Source of the DNA: Octopus bimaculoides
Taxonomy: Eukaryota
Direction of reading: 5' to 3'
DNA length: 64,000 nt
NCBI RefSeq assembly: GCF_001194135.2
Contig: NC_068988.1
Location: 24,516,754 to 24,580,753, forward strand
Shown: positions 12,521 to 25,004 of the stretch, piece by piece
How the letters are laid out: every line of letters starts with the position of its first letter
Position numbering within the stretch: the stretch's first letter is position 1
Notes under the pieces: model-generated
What the model saw: the letters and a program-made list of their open reading frames with translations, nothing else
What the model was told of the DNA's origin: nothing
Database searches by the model: none
Position numbers and translations under genes: made by a program

Positions 12521-15500
12521 ATGTATCTGAAGATTGCCCAATTCTATTAATTAAGAATGTAACAAGCAACAGTTTCTAGGAAAAATTGAAACACAGAATA
12601 CAAAAACAAAATGAAAAACTCAGAATTAAGGAATAGCAATTACATAGTTTTGAATCTGATAAGACTAAGAACGTATATGAAACAGATAAATCTATTTAGC
12701 ATACATCTTCATCAAACTCAGTAAAAAGACAGGAAAAGCACCTAACGTGAATACTTTTGATAACAAGCAGGAAAAAAGGTAGCTAATGATATAGGAAATG
12801 TACTGCAAAACAGAACATGTTTCGCTCAGACTCCCATATTACAATTTGAAGGACCATAAAAAGTAATCTTTGGACAAACCCATTTGTTAAGTTAATTGAA
12901 TCAATGAAAGCTTTCATTAGATTCAATAGCGAAGTCAGCCGTGAAAGTATCACAACTAACTTTAACGAGGTCTTAGCCCTATCATTATGAATGAAAAACC
13001 ATTTTTTTAACAAACGCTTCTTTTATTATTTCTAGCTAAAAAAAAAAACAAAAAAAAACTGAAGTTCTAGTAATTTGGTATAAAAGATTACTACTTTTCC
13101 GTTTAAAATAATTTGTACTAATCTCTCTAAACCTTGCCAATCTAATTATCGACATCACATTTTTGGAAATTAAAATTATCCAAATTTGCATGTAAAGGTA
13201 TTTCTTTATAAAACATTAAATATAAAACAGTCCTACTTATCATTAGATCTCAGTATAAGGGGCAACAGATTCAGCTAAGATCAACGATATCGTGGTTCTC
13301 TATCCCTTATCCAAATTTAAATCCAAATTCTATCATACTGAGGCAACTCTTTATTGAAATGATAGTCTTCTGTCGTAAAGAAATGAAAACAAAACAACAT
13401 TGGAGAAGATCAGGAAAAATTTTCAAGCTTTCTTAAAGGAGTAATAATACATAATATTATGAAAACTAACATCAAAACCGTCAATATCTTAGTCATCTCA
13501 TTGAATCTATATAATAGTTTATATTTTTCTTACCAAAAGCTGAATGAGATACTAAAATATATACACAAAGATTATAACCATCCTAGTAATATTTCCATTG
13601 ATTTAAACAAAAAGATTTATCTGACGTTATCTTATTGTCCCAAAGCCAACAAATTTTGAATTATTCACCCATAATACAATGATGTCCTCTTCTGCAGTGG
13701 ATTATAAAATAAAATAATTTGTTGAAAATGCAAACCGAAGTAGAACAACAAAAAAGTTGAATATACTCTGTTACAATAGCTATTCAGTTTAGCTATAGTT
13801 ACACCATTTGCAAACAATAGTCTGCAATATAAACTCCTCCTAACATAAGAATTGAAAAATATTAATTTTAGCTATATCTAAATTCCATATTTCAAGACCC
13901 ATACTTTTGCATGCAAATTAGCCACATTCAAATCGTCTAAATTTAAGCCGTCGATTTCTAAGCCTGGTACCGCTAGCAGTAACTATATTAACACTAGTGA
14001 CACTGAATGTCCTTTAATCTGTAAAAGTCAATTTAACGATATATATAAAGCATCAGGGGATACTAATAACATGTCTATTCTTTATATGAATCACACTAGC
14101 AACCGGTTCAAATGTAGATATTATCACCAGATTTACTTATTCCGTAGAAACAGAGATGATACATTGCTAGCAAAATTCATATGAAACTAAATAAACCACC
14201 AAATATAGTTAAGCGTGGAAGATACTTTGCTTAGCTAACTCTTATACAGGAAATGAAAAGCGTGCTATTTTTATACAGCTAATAGGTATGAAATCCTGCT
14301 TGCAAATGCATTACCCACTCAACAGACATTTAGATCGCAATCATTATTGCTTACATAGAGCATTCAGAATTTTCAAATATTTCAACCCAAAGATATGCCC
14401 AAACAGTCAATAATTATACACAACTATTTACTTCATATAATCTGCAACTTTAAAAACGGTCAAATTTTCTACGTGTGTTCTTTAAATGAATGAGAATCTG
14501 TTGCGGCTATATTTTTAAACCAATAAAGTATTAATTGAAGATAGATACATAGGTAAATAGAATGAAGAATAAATAGAAAGATGAATAGATAGGTATCACG
14601 AAGTCAAAGCACAAAGGAATACGTATTGTAGAGTCTGGTAAGGGTAGACACACTCACACACGTTCTTTATGCAAGCATACCAAACCTTATGATACATATT
14701 CCTTTCTACCTTTAGCTTCATGCCATCTACATATGTGTGTCTTTTTGTCCGGCTGTAGATCTATCTATCTATCTATATATCTATCTATTCATTCTTTATT
14801 TTTCCAAAATCCAACATCGATTTAAGGTTCATGTCGCAACAGATTAACTTTATTTAACGACCACAAGTGAATATCTAGTCTAAAACCAGATATCCTATAG
14901 ATATGCAAGTTTCGTTCGACACTGAAATTATAATTCCGGCATAATAGATGCATCCTAATTTGTATAGCTATAATACGAAAGCACATACCTATTATTAAGA
15001 TAGTTTCACAAATTTTTTTTTCAAGCTCACATTTTTTTTTTGTGTCATAAGCACTTAATACAGCACTATTATTAGCTAATATAATTTATACATCAGTAGC
15101 ATATTTACTCTAATTATCAAATCAGGTTTCCTACAACGCTTCATATTATCACTTTTAGAAATACTTAATTATCTGTTACTATTAGAAATTATTCTTTAGT
15201 GTTTTTTTTTTCTACTCCTTAGTAACATAGTTACTCCCTATATTAAATCAAGTTCCCAAACGCACACCAATCTTACTCGCATTCATATTATTAATGTATC
15301 TAAATTCTTGGTTACTTTCTCTACTATTTTTTCCGACCGTTTTGCTATAAGACTCTTTTTCTGAACGTTCCATACAATACTTCTACTAATCACAATATAC
15401 AACATTACTCACACATCCAGAGAGAAACGTGTATATTGGTTTCAAATTTTAGCATAAGGCATTTTGCCCAACGACTTAACGCTTCTGTCAGCTCGCCACC

Positions 15501-15532
15501 TTAGTAAACCCTAACATTGAAAACGAAGTTGA

Positions 15533-15747
15533 AGGCGGCGAGCTGGCAGAATCGTTAGTACGCCGGGAAAAAATGCTTAGCAGCATTTCGCCCGTTTTTA
15601 TATTCTGAGTTCAAATTCCGCCGAGGTCGACTTTATCTTTCATCCTTTCGGGGTCGATAAATTAAGTACCAGTTGAATACTAGGGTGGATGTAATCGACT
15701 CAGCCTCTCCCAAAAACATACTGGCCGTGTGCCAAAATTTGAAACCA
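15533..15747 (+). mobile_element. tRNA-derived SINE family A (representative near-full copy)
   Basis: A-box-like TGGCAGAATCGTTAG and B-box GAGTTCAAATTCC (15607-15619); body CCTTTCGGGGTCGATAAATTAAGTACCAG. Homologous copies (approximate) at 4336-4470, 16355-16580(-), 16600-16810(-), 20403-20590, 36545-36830(-), 44525-44740, 50020-50200(-), 62880-63070, 63404-63610. Confidence 0.85.
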
Positions 15748-17162
15748 ATATCAAAACCAAGTTCCTAAATGCTCACCATTCTGCTTATAACATGGAAATC
15801 TTACTCGTATCCATGTCACTAAATTCTTAATTACTTTCTCTACTATTTATTTGCCATAACATTTTGCTATAAGAATCTTTATTTAAATCTTCCATATAAT
15901 ACTTCTAATCACAATACGCAACATTACTCACGCATCCAGGAGATACGTGTATATTATCTGGCATTTTTCTCGCACGAAAATTCCACGAGCAATTTAAATA
16001 TCACAAAATTATGTAGTTATATAACACTAATTTTATTTTAGATGTTTTCGTACTTATAAATTCAGCACTCAACATTGGCCTTCGTATTTTCTCATTACTG
16101 TTTCTTCAAATCATTTCTAAATCGGTCACTGAACTACTTTTACTGTATAATATCATCTAATCATATATTCTCTCCATACGGCCATATTGATCTCCTCCTT
16201 ATATTTTATTTTCTCTTACAACAATTTAAATAAGTTAACTTGCATTTTAAATTAATATTCTTTATTTAAATAAGTGCTTTGAATAAGTATTTCAAATAAA
16301 TATTTGAAGACTTTAACACTCACACAGTAACAGATAAGCAAGATGTTATAATATTAGTTTCAAATTTTGGCACAGTGCCAGTAATTTAGAGGCAGTAATT
16401 TAGAAGTAAGTCTATTACATCGACTCCAGTGCTTAACTGGAACTTATTTTATCGACCACGAAAGAATAAAAGGTAAAGTCAGCCTCGGCGGAAATTGAAC
16501 TCAGTACGTAGTGTCGGGCGAAATGCCGCTATGCATTTTGCCCAGCGTGTTAACGATTCTGCCAACTTACCGCCTTAAGATGTTATGATATTACCCTCTA
16601 ATTTTGTCACTAGGCAAGCAGCTTTGAAAGGGAGCAGGTAGTCGTTAGTACTTACGCCAGTATATCACTTGAACTTTATTTTATCGATCCTGCGGAGATG
16701 AAGGGCAAAATCGAAGTCAGCGGGATTTGAACTCAGAATGTAAAGAACCGGAAAGCATACCGCAGTCATTTTGATGGATGATCTAACGATTTTCCCAGTT
16801 TCACCATTTTTTAACAAAATCTTATAATAAATATAAATGATTAATGTAATCTTAATATACACAACTCCGATTTACCTAAACCTAAACATTCATTTTTTAT
16901 CTCAAACAATATGCTACCGTTATTTTAAATATTTAAAATATAATCATTTTAAATAAACCGGCGCCTTAAATTGTCTTCCAAACGTGATTATCATGATATA
17001 ATTTTGAAACATAAAACAATCCATCCCTCTTTATTGATGTTGCACTCTTGCAGTAAAATAACAAAACACATTTTTCTCAATTTTTTAAAATAGCATTAAT
17101 GCTATATACAACTCTCATTTAAAATGCATTATTATTTCAATGTTATGAATTTTCATATAAAC

Positions 17163-17206
<44 letters not shown>

Positions 17207-17420
17207 CATACATACATACGTACATAATATTCACCTCCATGTATGCACGGACACACACACAGATATACATGTATGTATCTACATATGTAAACACATATAT
17301 TTTTCCCCTTTCCTTATATTTATATATAATAATAATATGACAACAAAAGAATGAATGAGACCTTGATATTATGTAAAAGAGAGGAATTTATCTATAAAAT
17401 ATATTGTGTGACAATTAGTT

Positions 17421-17482
17421 GGTTGTCATAATAAAACTCAGCAGCTCCAGCATCCGAAACTCTGAGTTTTATTATGACAACC
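17421..17482. repeat. Perfect 21-bp inverted repeat with 20-nt loop
   Basis: GGTTGTCATAATAAAACTCAG (17421-17441) / CTGAGTTTTATTATGACAACC (17462-17482). Confidence 0.92.
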
Positions 17483-19174
17483 ATACAGATTTTTGTAAGT
17501 GTGTATATCTTTGCTTGTGCTTAAGCTGAAATCATTTGATAACTTGTGTTTGTTTTAATCATCTTTAGTTTGTGGTAAAATAAAAATTTTCTTTGTCCAC
17601 TTCACAGTCTAAACACAAGGTCGCTTTTCATTGGGTAAAAGCAGTAAATAAGTCTGCAGATATGCAGTTGTATATTTTTATTAATATTTAACAAAAGTAA
17701 CAGAGTATAAAAATACTCATATTTTGATTTCTGTTTTCCCTCTTTGCATCAACATACCTGTTTATATATATGTATATATATATGTGTGTGGTGTATATAT
17801 GTATGTATTACGTATGTATACATATACATGTGTATATATATATATATATATNNNNNNNNNNNNNNNNNNNNNNNNNNNNNNNNNNNNNNNNNNNNNNNNN
17901 NNNNNNNNNNNNNNNNNNNNNNNNNNNNNNNNNNNNNNNNNNNNNNNNNNNNNNNNNNNNNNNNNNNNNNNNNNNNNNNNNNNNNNNNNNNNNNNNNNNN
18001 NNNNNNNNNNNNNNNNNNNNNNNNNNNNNNNNNNNNNNNNNNNNNNNNNNNNNNNNNNNNNNNNNNNNNNNNNNNNNNNNNNNNNNNNNNNNNNNNNNNN
18101 NNNNNNNNNNNNNNNNNNNNNNNNNNNNNNNNNNNNNNNNNNNNNNNNNNNNNNNNNNNNNNNNNNNNNNNNNNNNNNNNNNNNNNNNNNNNNNNNNNNN
18201 NNNNNNNNNNNNNNNNNNNNNNNNNNNNNNNNNNNNNNNNNNNNNNNNNNNNNNNNNNNNNNNNNNNNNNNNNNNNNNNNNNNNNNNNNNNNNNNNNNNN
18301 NNNNNNNNNNNNNNNNNNNNNNNNNNATATATACATTTGTGTCTGCTTGTCTATGTGTGCATAGTATACTAATGAATAAATCTAAAGTTTTAAAGCTAGA
18401 ATTAAATAAGTACGCTGTTTTGTCGGAAACGGATATTGCTGACTTTTGAACAATTTCACCGTGTACAAAAAACCCAGGGTCAACTGCACTGGTTTCAATC
18501 GTATATGCGTTTTGGTCACCAACCAATTACCATATTATTTCTGTTCATTGTATTATTGTATATATTATAACCAGTTTTATTGCATACATTATAACTACTG
18601 TTATTACTGACTATATTAAATTCTCTTTACTAACTCTCTTAATTGCCACATTCTCAGCATTTAGTTCAATTTCATAAATTACTGATGTGATAATAGTATT
18701 TCCGTTTTTGATGCAGTAATATGCTACAAGATAAAACGTAATCGATGTACATGCATTAATTTAATTGCTAATGGAGGGGTGTTTAACTATAATGATACCA
18801 TGGATAAAACAATAGAGGTTACTCGGTTGCCGATAAAACTGAAAATACGATTAAAGTTACTAAAGCCGTTTCCCCATTTTTTTATGCATTTATGTCCTTG
18901 TATATAAACAATAACAGTCGTTGATAACATTATGAGTAACTTGTCATTAGACTGAGGCCATGCTGGAATACTGCCTTCAAGAATTTTAGTCGAACGAATC
19001 GACCCTAGTACTTATATCATTTTTTAAGCCTGGAACTTAGACTATCGTACTATTTTGCCGAACCGCTAAGTCATGGGGATGCAAAAAATAGCAACACTAG
19101 TTGCCAAGCGGTGGTATGGGACAAACATATACACATCACACACACACACACGTACACGCGCGCGCACACACACG

Positions 19175-19224
<50 letters not shown>

Positions 19225-20950
19225 GTCCTCACACATAAAACGCTTCCACGTGGANNNNNNNNNNNNNNNNNNNNNNNNNNNNNNNNNNNNNNNNNNNNNN
19301 NNNNNNNNNNNNNNNNNNNNNNNNNNNNNNNNNNNNNNNNNNNNNNNNNNNNNNNNNNNNNNNNNNNNNNNNNNNNNNNNNNNNNNNNNNNNNNNNNNNN
19401 NNNNNNNNNNNNNNNNNNNNNNNNNNNNNNNNNNNNNNNNNNNNNNNNNNNNNNNNNNNNNNNNNNNNNNNNNNNNNNNNNNNNNNNNNNNNNNNNNNNN
19501 NNNNNNNNNNNNNNNNNNNNNNNNNNNNNNNNNNNNNNNNNNNNNNNNNNNNNNNNNNNNNNNNNNNNNNNNNNNNNNNNNNNNNNNNNNNNNNNNNNNN
19601 NNNNNNNNNNNNNNNNNNNNNNNNNNNNNNNNNNNNNNNNNNNNNNNNNNNNNNNNNNNNNNNNNNNNNNNNNNNNNNNNNNNNNNNNNNNNNNNNNNNN
19701 NNNNNNNNNNNNNNNNNNNNNNNNNNNNNNNNNNNNNNNNNNNNNNNNNNNNNNNNNNNNNNNNNNNNNNNNNNNNNNNNNNNNNNNNNNNNNNNNNNNN
19801 NNNNNNNNNNNNNNNNNNNNNNNNNNNNNNNNNNNNNNNNNNNNNNNNNNNNNNNNNNNNNNNNNNNNNNNNNNNNNNNNNNNNNNNNNNNNNNNNNNNN
19901 NNNNNNNNNNNNNNNNNNNNNNNNNNNNNNNNNNNNNNNNNNNNNNNNNNNNNNNNNNNNNNNNNNNNNNNNNNNNNNNNNNNNNNNNNNNNNNNNNNNN
20001 NNNNNNNNNNNNNNNNNNNNNNNNNNNNNNNNNNNNNNNNNNNNNNNNNNNNNNNNNNNNNNNNNNNNNNNNNNNNNNNNNNNNNNNNNNNNNNNNNNNN
20101 NNNNNNNNNNNNNNNNNNNNNNNNNNNNNNNNNNNNNNNNNNNNNNNNNNNNNNNNNNNNNNNNNNNNNNNNNNNNNNNNNNNNNNNNNNNNNNNNNNNN
20201 NNNNNNNNNNNNNNNNNNNNNNNNNNNNNNNNNNNNNNNNAAAAGTCACCGCAAAAAATGTCAACAGCGGCCTGAATCCATTACTTCATTATTATATAAC
20301 GATTGTTTTGTAGAACTAGTGAAAATTTAATTTCAAAAATTTTAAAACTTTTTGTTCAATACTAAAAGTAGACCATTTAAACAAAGAACATTTAAATAAA
20401 GTGAAAGCGGTGCGTTGGCAGAATCGTTAGCACGCTCGGCAAAATGCTTAGCGGCATTTCTGCATCCAAATTACTCCGAGGTCGACTTTGCCTTTCATCT
20501 TTTCGGAGTCGATAAAATAAGTACCAGTTGAGTACTGGGCTTAATGTAATTGATTAACTCATTTCCTGAAATGGTTGCTTTGTGCCAAAGTAGGCAGTCT
20601 TAAGCTTAAACTGATATTTCACGGAATAAAAAAAAATATTATGTAGCACATACTTCATTACTTTGTAAAATTATAATATACCTTGAAAGCTGATTTTAGC
20701 AAATGTTATGTATGTTGGAAAAATTGCGCTGTTTTTCCCCCGTTCTTAGTTATATCACCGACTGACGCAGCGTAAGTTTCAATCATTGTATTCTTCAAAG
20801 GTTTAAGAATATAGTTCTACTTTGAAACAAGAAATCTACTTCGAGTGATCTGGTGAAAGATCAGTTTATATAATTTTATTTTTGAATGTTTAATATTCTG
20901 ATATTTGTTTTACGTTTCCTTGGCCAATTAAGTTTCCCTAAAAACCTCTC

Positions 20951-21300
20951 AAATATGTATGGGAGCGATATCAAACAATGGGTAGCAAGCAAGATGTGAT
21001 CCCATTGCGGTGGGATGCTGGGGGTCTGTAAACCAGTCCCTCTACAGAACTTACTACATGTTTGGCGCCACCAGGGCCGGTAAACGAAAAGCTATCAGAT
21101 TGACTGTGGCGGCAGTAGAGGTTGCCTCAAAGTGGCTGTGGATCAACAGGTTTGAGCTCTAGAAGGGACAGTGCTGCTAGAAGCAGTGCTGACTGGACAC
21201 AAGTAGGTGCTTAATCGACTCCGGTTGTGTCGCCTGGATGATAAAACAGCCAAAACACCTAATGAGAGCCGGTTACACCACTGCTGATGTGACCAGGGAC
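20951..21300 (+). mobile_element. 3' end of an RLE-type non-LTR retrotransposon (HERO-like)
   Basis: NG*QARCDPIAVGCWGSVNQSLYRTYYMFG...KRKAIRLTVAAVEVASKWLWINR ending at TAG 21160-21162. It resembles the GWxAxCxPxEVGCRGF...AExASxWLWxxR C-terminus that I recall for HERO-type elements; GC-rich 3'UTR follows. The clade call is from memory. Confidence 0.5.
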
Positions 21301-21811
21301 ACAAAGAATGATATGGGGGGGGTGAATATTCGATGTTTTATCAGTTAGTAAAGAAATCCTCTGCCAAACCATGTCGAACCAGTGGAGCAGAATAGGCTCA
21401 TCAAAAGACTATGATCTCAAGCTCAGATTCACGGCCTCCACATCAGACCATTGTGGCTGGAAAGAACATGCTGAAGCCCTCATCCTGCAGTGGACTGAAC
21501 ATGAGCAATCCAATTCAATCCAGTATAGAAATATGCGAGAGAAAAAGTAAGAGAAAAATCGAGAATCAATGACACTCATATGTTGTTTACTTTCTTTATC
21601 AACCCAGGAAAGAAGAAAGGTAAGGGTAACATGGGTCGGATTTGAACTCAAAACGTAAAGAGTCACTACCACAACAGTTTCTAACTTTTACGAAGAACGA
21701 ATAATATTTTGTGAAGATTTTCTCGTACATCGACAATCTTTAAAACACTTTACGTGAGTAGAACTGATTTCTCAGGTACTGGATTTGGATTCGGAACATA
21801 AATGAGTGAAA

Positions 21812-21817
21812 CTAGAA

Positions 21818-21852
<35 letters not shown>

Positions 21853-21996
21853 AGAAGAAGAAGAAGAAGAAGAAGAAGAAGAAGAAGAGGGGGGAGACGG
21901 AGGAAGAAGAAGAACAAGAACAAGAACAAGAACAACGACGACCACGACCACGACGATAACAGCAACAATAACAACAACAAGAGGGGAGAAGGATAA

Positions 21997-22028
<32 letters not shown>

Positions 22029-22650
22029 CGATAAAGGCAAAAGAAGAAGAAGAAGAAAAAGAAGAAGAAGAAGAAGAAGAAGAAGAAGAAGAAGAAGAAG
22101 AANNNNNNNNNNNNNNNNNNNNNNNNNNNNNNNNNNNNNNNNNNNNNNNNNNNNNNNNNNNNNNNNNNNNNNNNNNNNNNNNNNNNNNNNNNNNNNNNNN
22201 NNNNNNNNNNNNNNNNNNNNNNNNNNNNNNNNNNNNNNNNNNNNNNNNNNNNNNNNNNNNNNNNNNNNNNNNNNNNNNNNNNNNNNNNNNNNNNNNNNNN
22301 NNNNNNNNNNNNNNNNNNNNNNNNNNNNNNNNNNNNNNNNNNNNNNNNNNNAGAAGAAGAAGAAGAAGAAGAAGAAGAAGAAGAAGAAGAAGAAGAAGAA
22401 GAAGAAGAAGAAGAAATAGGAGGAGGAGGAGAAGGAGGAGGAGTAAAAGTAAAAGAACAAGAACAACAAGAGCAAAACAAGGACAACAACGACAACAGGC
22501 AAAAATAACAAAAATAACAACAAATCTAAAAACAACAAAAATAACAACAGCAACAACTTAACTTGAGCAACAACAATAACAACAACAAAAGAAGAAGAAG
22601 AAGAAGAAGAAGAAGAAGAAGAAGAAGAAGAAGAAGAAGAAGAAGATAAA
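21812..22650. repeat. Compound (GAA)n/(CAA)n/(GAT)n block with internal gap
   Basis: Directly visible. Confidence 0.95.
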
Positions 22651-23409
22651 AATGATTAGGAATAACAAGAGAACAACATAATGCAGTGATTTATTTTCTA
22701 AAATCAAGTCACTGGAGATTTTGATGATAAATGTTTTAAAATATATCTTACATGCTTACCTGTTCAGTGTTACAAACTACTTAGAGCCAATTTATCTTCA
22801 TCAAGATTTATTCTTCACACCGCCATTCCACATCTACCACACTCCAAACCCACCGCCACCATCACTACCGCCACCACCACCACCAACAACAACAACAACG
22901 TTGTTCTTTTTCAATTGTTCTACAAGACGGTAAATTATACAGAAGAGCCTGAATGTTATTTTAGTATTTGCAACCGAATTTATGGTGATTTCTTGGTTAA
23001 TGTTTGCGTATGGTGGTGGTGGTGGTGGTAGTGGTGGTGGTGGTGGTGGTGGTGGTGCTGCTGCTGATGCTGCTGGTGGCCGCCGTCGTCGTCGTTGTGT
23101 TGCTTGGTTGGTTTCCAATTGTTGTAAGCACGATAACTTGGCTCTTGGGTGTCTTTAGCGGTATCCCATCACTTTTGAAAAGCATTTCGTTCTGGTCCCA
23201 CAAATCTCCTCAGCTCCCAGTTCGTTTCTTGAATAGCTTTTTTCCCCATCGTTTCTTACATGACTCGTTCTTCTCGTTCTTTATTCGTTTTCTTTTCTCC
23301 AGATGGTATAGGAAACTCTGCAAAGAGCAATGGTGCCGCTCTTATTTTCATGACAGATCTATCTATCTGTCTGTCTATCGACATGTGTGTGTGTGTCTGT
23401 GTCTGTGTG

Positions 23410-24480
23410 TACAGGGTGTACCCTAAAAAATATATACACACTTTAGCAGCTGATAACTCAATTAATGTTTTTTTTTGCTTTGAAAATTAAATCCATTGGA
23501 ATTAATGATGGCAGTCAGACTAAGCTTTGAACAAAGGAGATTCATTCTAAAATGCTAATGGAAATGGGAAAATGCAGTTGAAGTGCAAATACAGTTTAGG
23601 AGGGAGTTTCAAACAGATCCACCAACGTGACTTACCATCAATCGAATTAGAGATAAGTTTGAAGCCGATAGAACTGTTCAGAATGTCCACGAGAAGCGTT
23701 CAGGAAGACCATGAACATCGACAATCCCCACAAAGCAAGAAGGAGTGCTGGAAACGTATCACTAAATTCCAAGAAAATCTGTGCGGCAAGCGAGTCGTGA
23801 GGTAAGTATTTCAAAATCGTCTGTCCAAAGCATTTTGAAGCCTTGTCAATGGAAAAGTTACGTTCTAAGATTAGTCCATGCGATTAATGACGATGATCCA
23901 GACTGAAGACTGCAGTATTGCGACTGGTACTTGGCACGATGTGTAGAAGATGCACACTTTCCAACAAAACCTGTGTGGAGTGATGCGTCGACAATCAAAT
24001 TAAATGGTTCAGTTAACCACCACAATTGCATACCTACTGGGGGCTTGAGAATCCGCATGCATGTTATAGTGGAACACTATGTTAATTTACCAGGAGTTAC
24101 AGTGTGGTGTGGTTTATCATCAAGAGGATTAATTGAACCATTCTCTTTTGACGCTACTGTGACTGGTCCCGTTTAATTGAACTTACTGCAACAGTCTGTC
24201 GTTGCCAAGCATTAGAGAAGTCTTTGAAGATGAGGAGTTTTATTTTCAGCAAGATGGGGCACCCCCACACTACCATCATGATGTTAGATCCTTCCTTGAT
24301 GAGAACTTGCCAAACAGGTGGATGGGACGAAAGGGGTTCATTGAATACTCTCCGCATTTACCAGACCTCACGCCACTAGCCCTTTTTTTTATGGGGACAC
24401 TTAAAAGACAAACTCTACGTTATGAAACCTGCAACAGTCGCTGATTTGAGAGCAGCCATTGAACGAGAAAGCACACAAAT
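23410..24480 (+). mobile_element. Decayed Tc1/mariner transposon, DD41D (rosa-type) transposase pseudogene, right end lost
   Basis: TA+CAGGGTGT left end at 23410. Broken ORF from about 23505: MAVRLSFEQRRFILKC*W...KRSGRP*...[11 protein letters not shown]...[17 protein letters not shown]...[14 protein letters not shown]...FQQDGAPPHY...RWMGRKG...PDLTPLA. There are 41 residues between the second D and the third-D position (here mutated to A). Multiple stops and frameshifts; ends at a SINE at about 24488. Confidence 0.85.
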
Positions 24481-24487
24481 TATTATT

Positions 24488-24945
24488 AAGGTAGCGAGCT
24501 GGCATAATCGTTAGAACGCAGGGCGAAATACTTAGCGGTATTTCGTCTGCCGTTACGTTCTGTGTTCAAATTCCGCCGAGGTCAACGTTGTCTTTCATCC
24601 TTTCCGGGTCGATAAATTAAGTACCAGTCGCGTACTGGGGTCGATCTAATCGACTGGCGCCCTCCCCCAAAATTTTGGGCTTTGTGTCTAGAGTATAAAA
24701 GATTATTATTATTATTATTATTAATATTATTAAAGCGGTGAGCTGGCATAATGTTAGTACGCCGGGTGAAATGCTTAGCGGTATTTCGTCTGCGACTACG
24801 TTCTGAGTTCAAATCCCGCCGAGATTGACTATGCCGTTTATCCTTTTGCAGTCGATTAAATAAGTACCAAGTTACGCACTGGGAACGATGTAAACAACTT
24901 AATCCTTTCCCCAAAATTTGAGGTCTTGTGCTTTCAGTAGAAACG
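24488..24945 (+). mobile_element. Two tandem SINE family A copies, each ending in an (ATT)n/(ATC)n tail
   Basis: Copies at about 24488-24700 and 24732-24945 share the head GCGAGCTGGCATAAT..TTAG and the B-box GTTCAAAT. Confidence 0.85.
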
Positions 24946-24966
24946 ATTGTTCTTATTATCATCATC

Positions 24967-25004
<38 letters not shown>

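Noticed and set aside
15533-15625. tRNA gene (A/B boxes), and similar heads in other SINE copies
   Set aside because: No cloverleaf or acceptor stem; it continues into a multi-copy SINE body
17724-20313. 200-400 aa ORFs in the supplied track (also 2888-3319, 42659-43404, 53596-54722, 58230-59108)
   Set aside because: Mostly X residues translated from N gaps
21750-22561. Poly-Glu/Arg/Leu ORFs
   Set aside because: (GAA)n compound repeat spanning a gap
24481-24990. CRISPR-like or regularly spaced repeat array
   Set aside because: Two tandem SINE copies with SSR tails; no constant repeat/unique spacer periodicity, and a eukaryotic context
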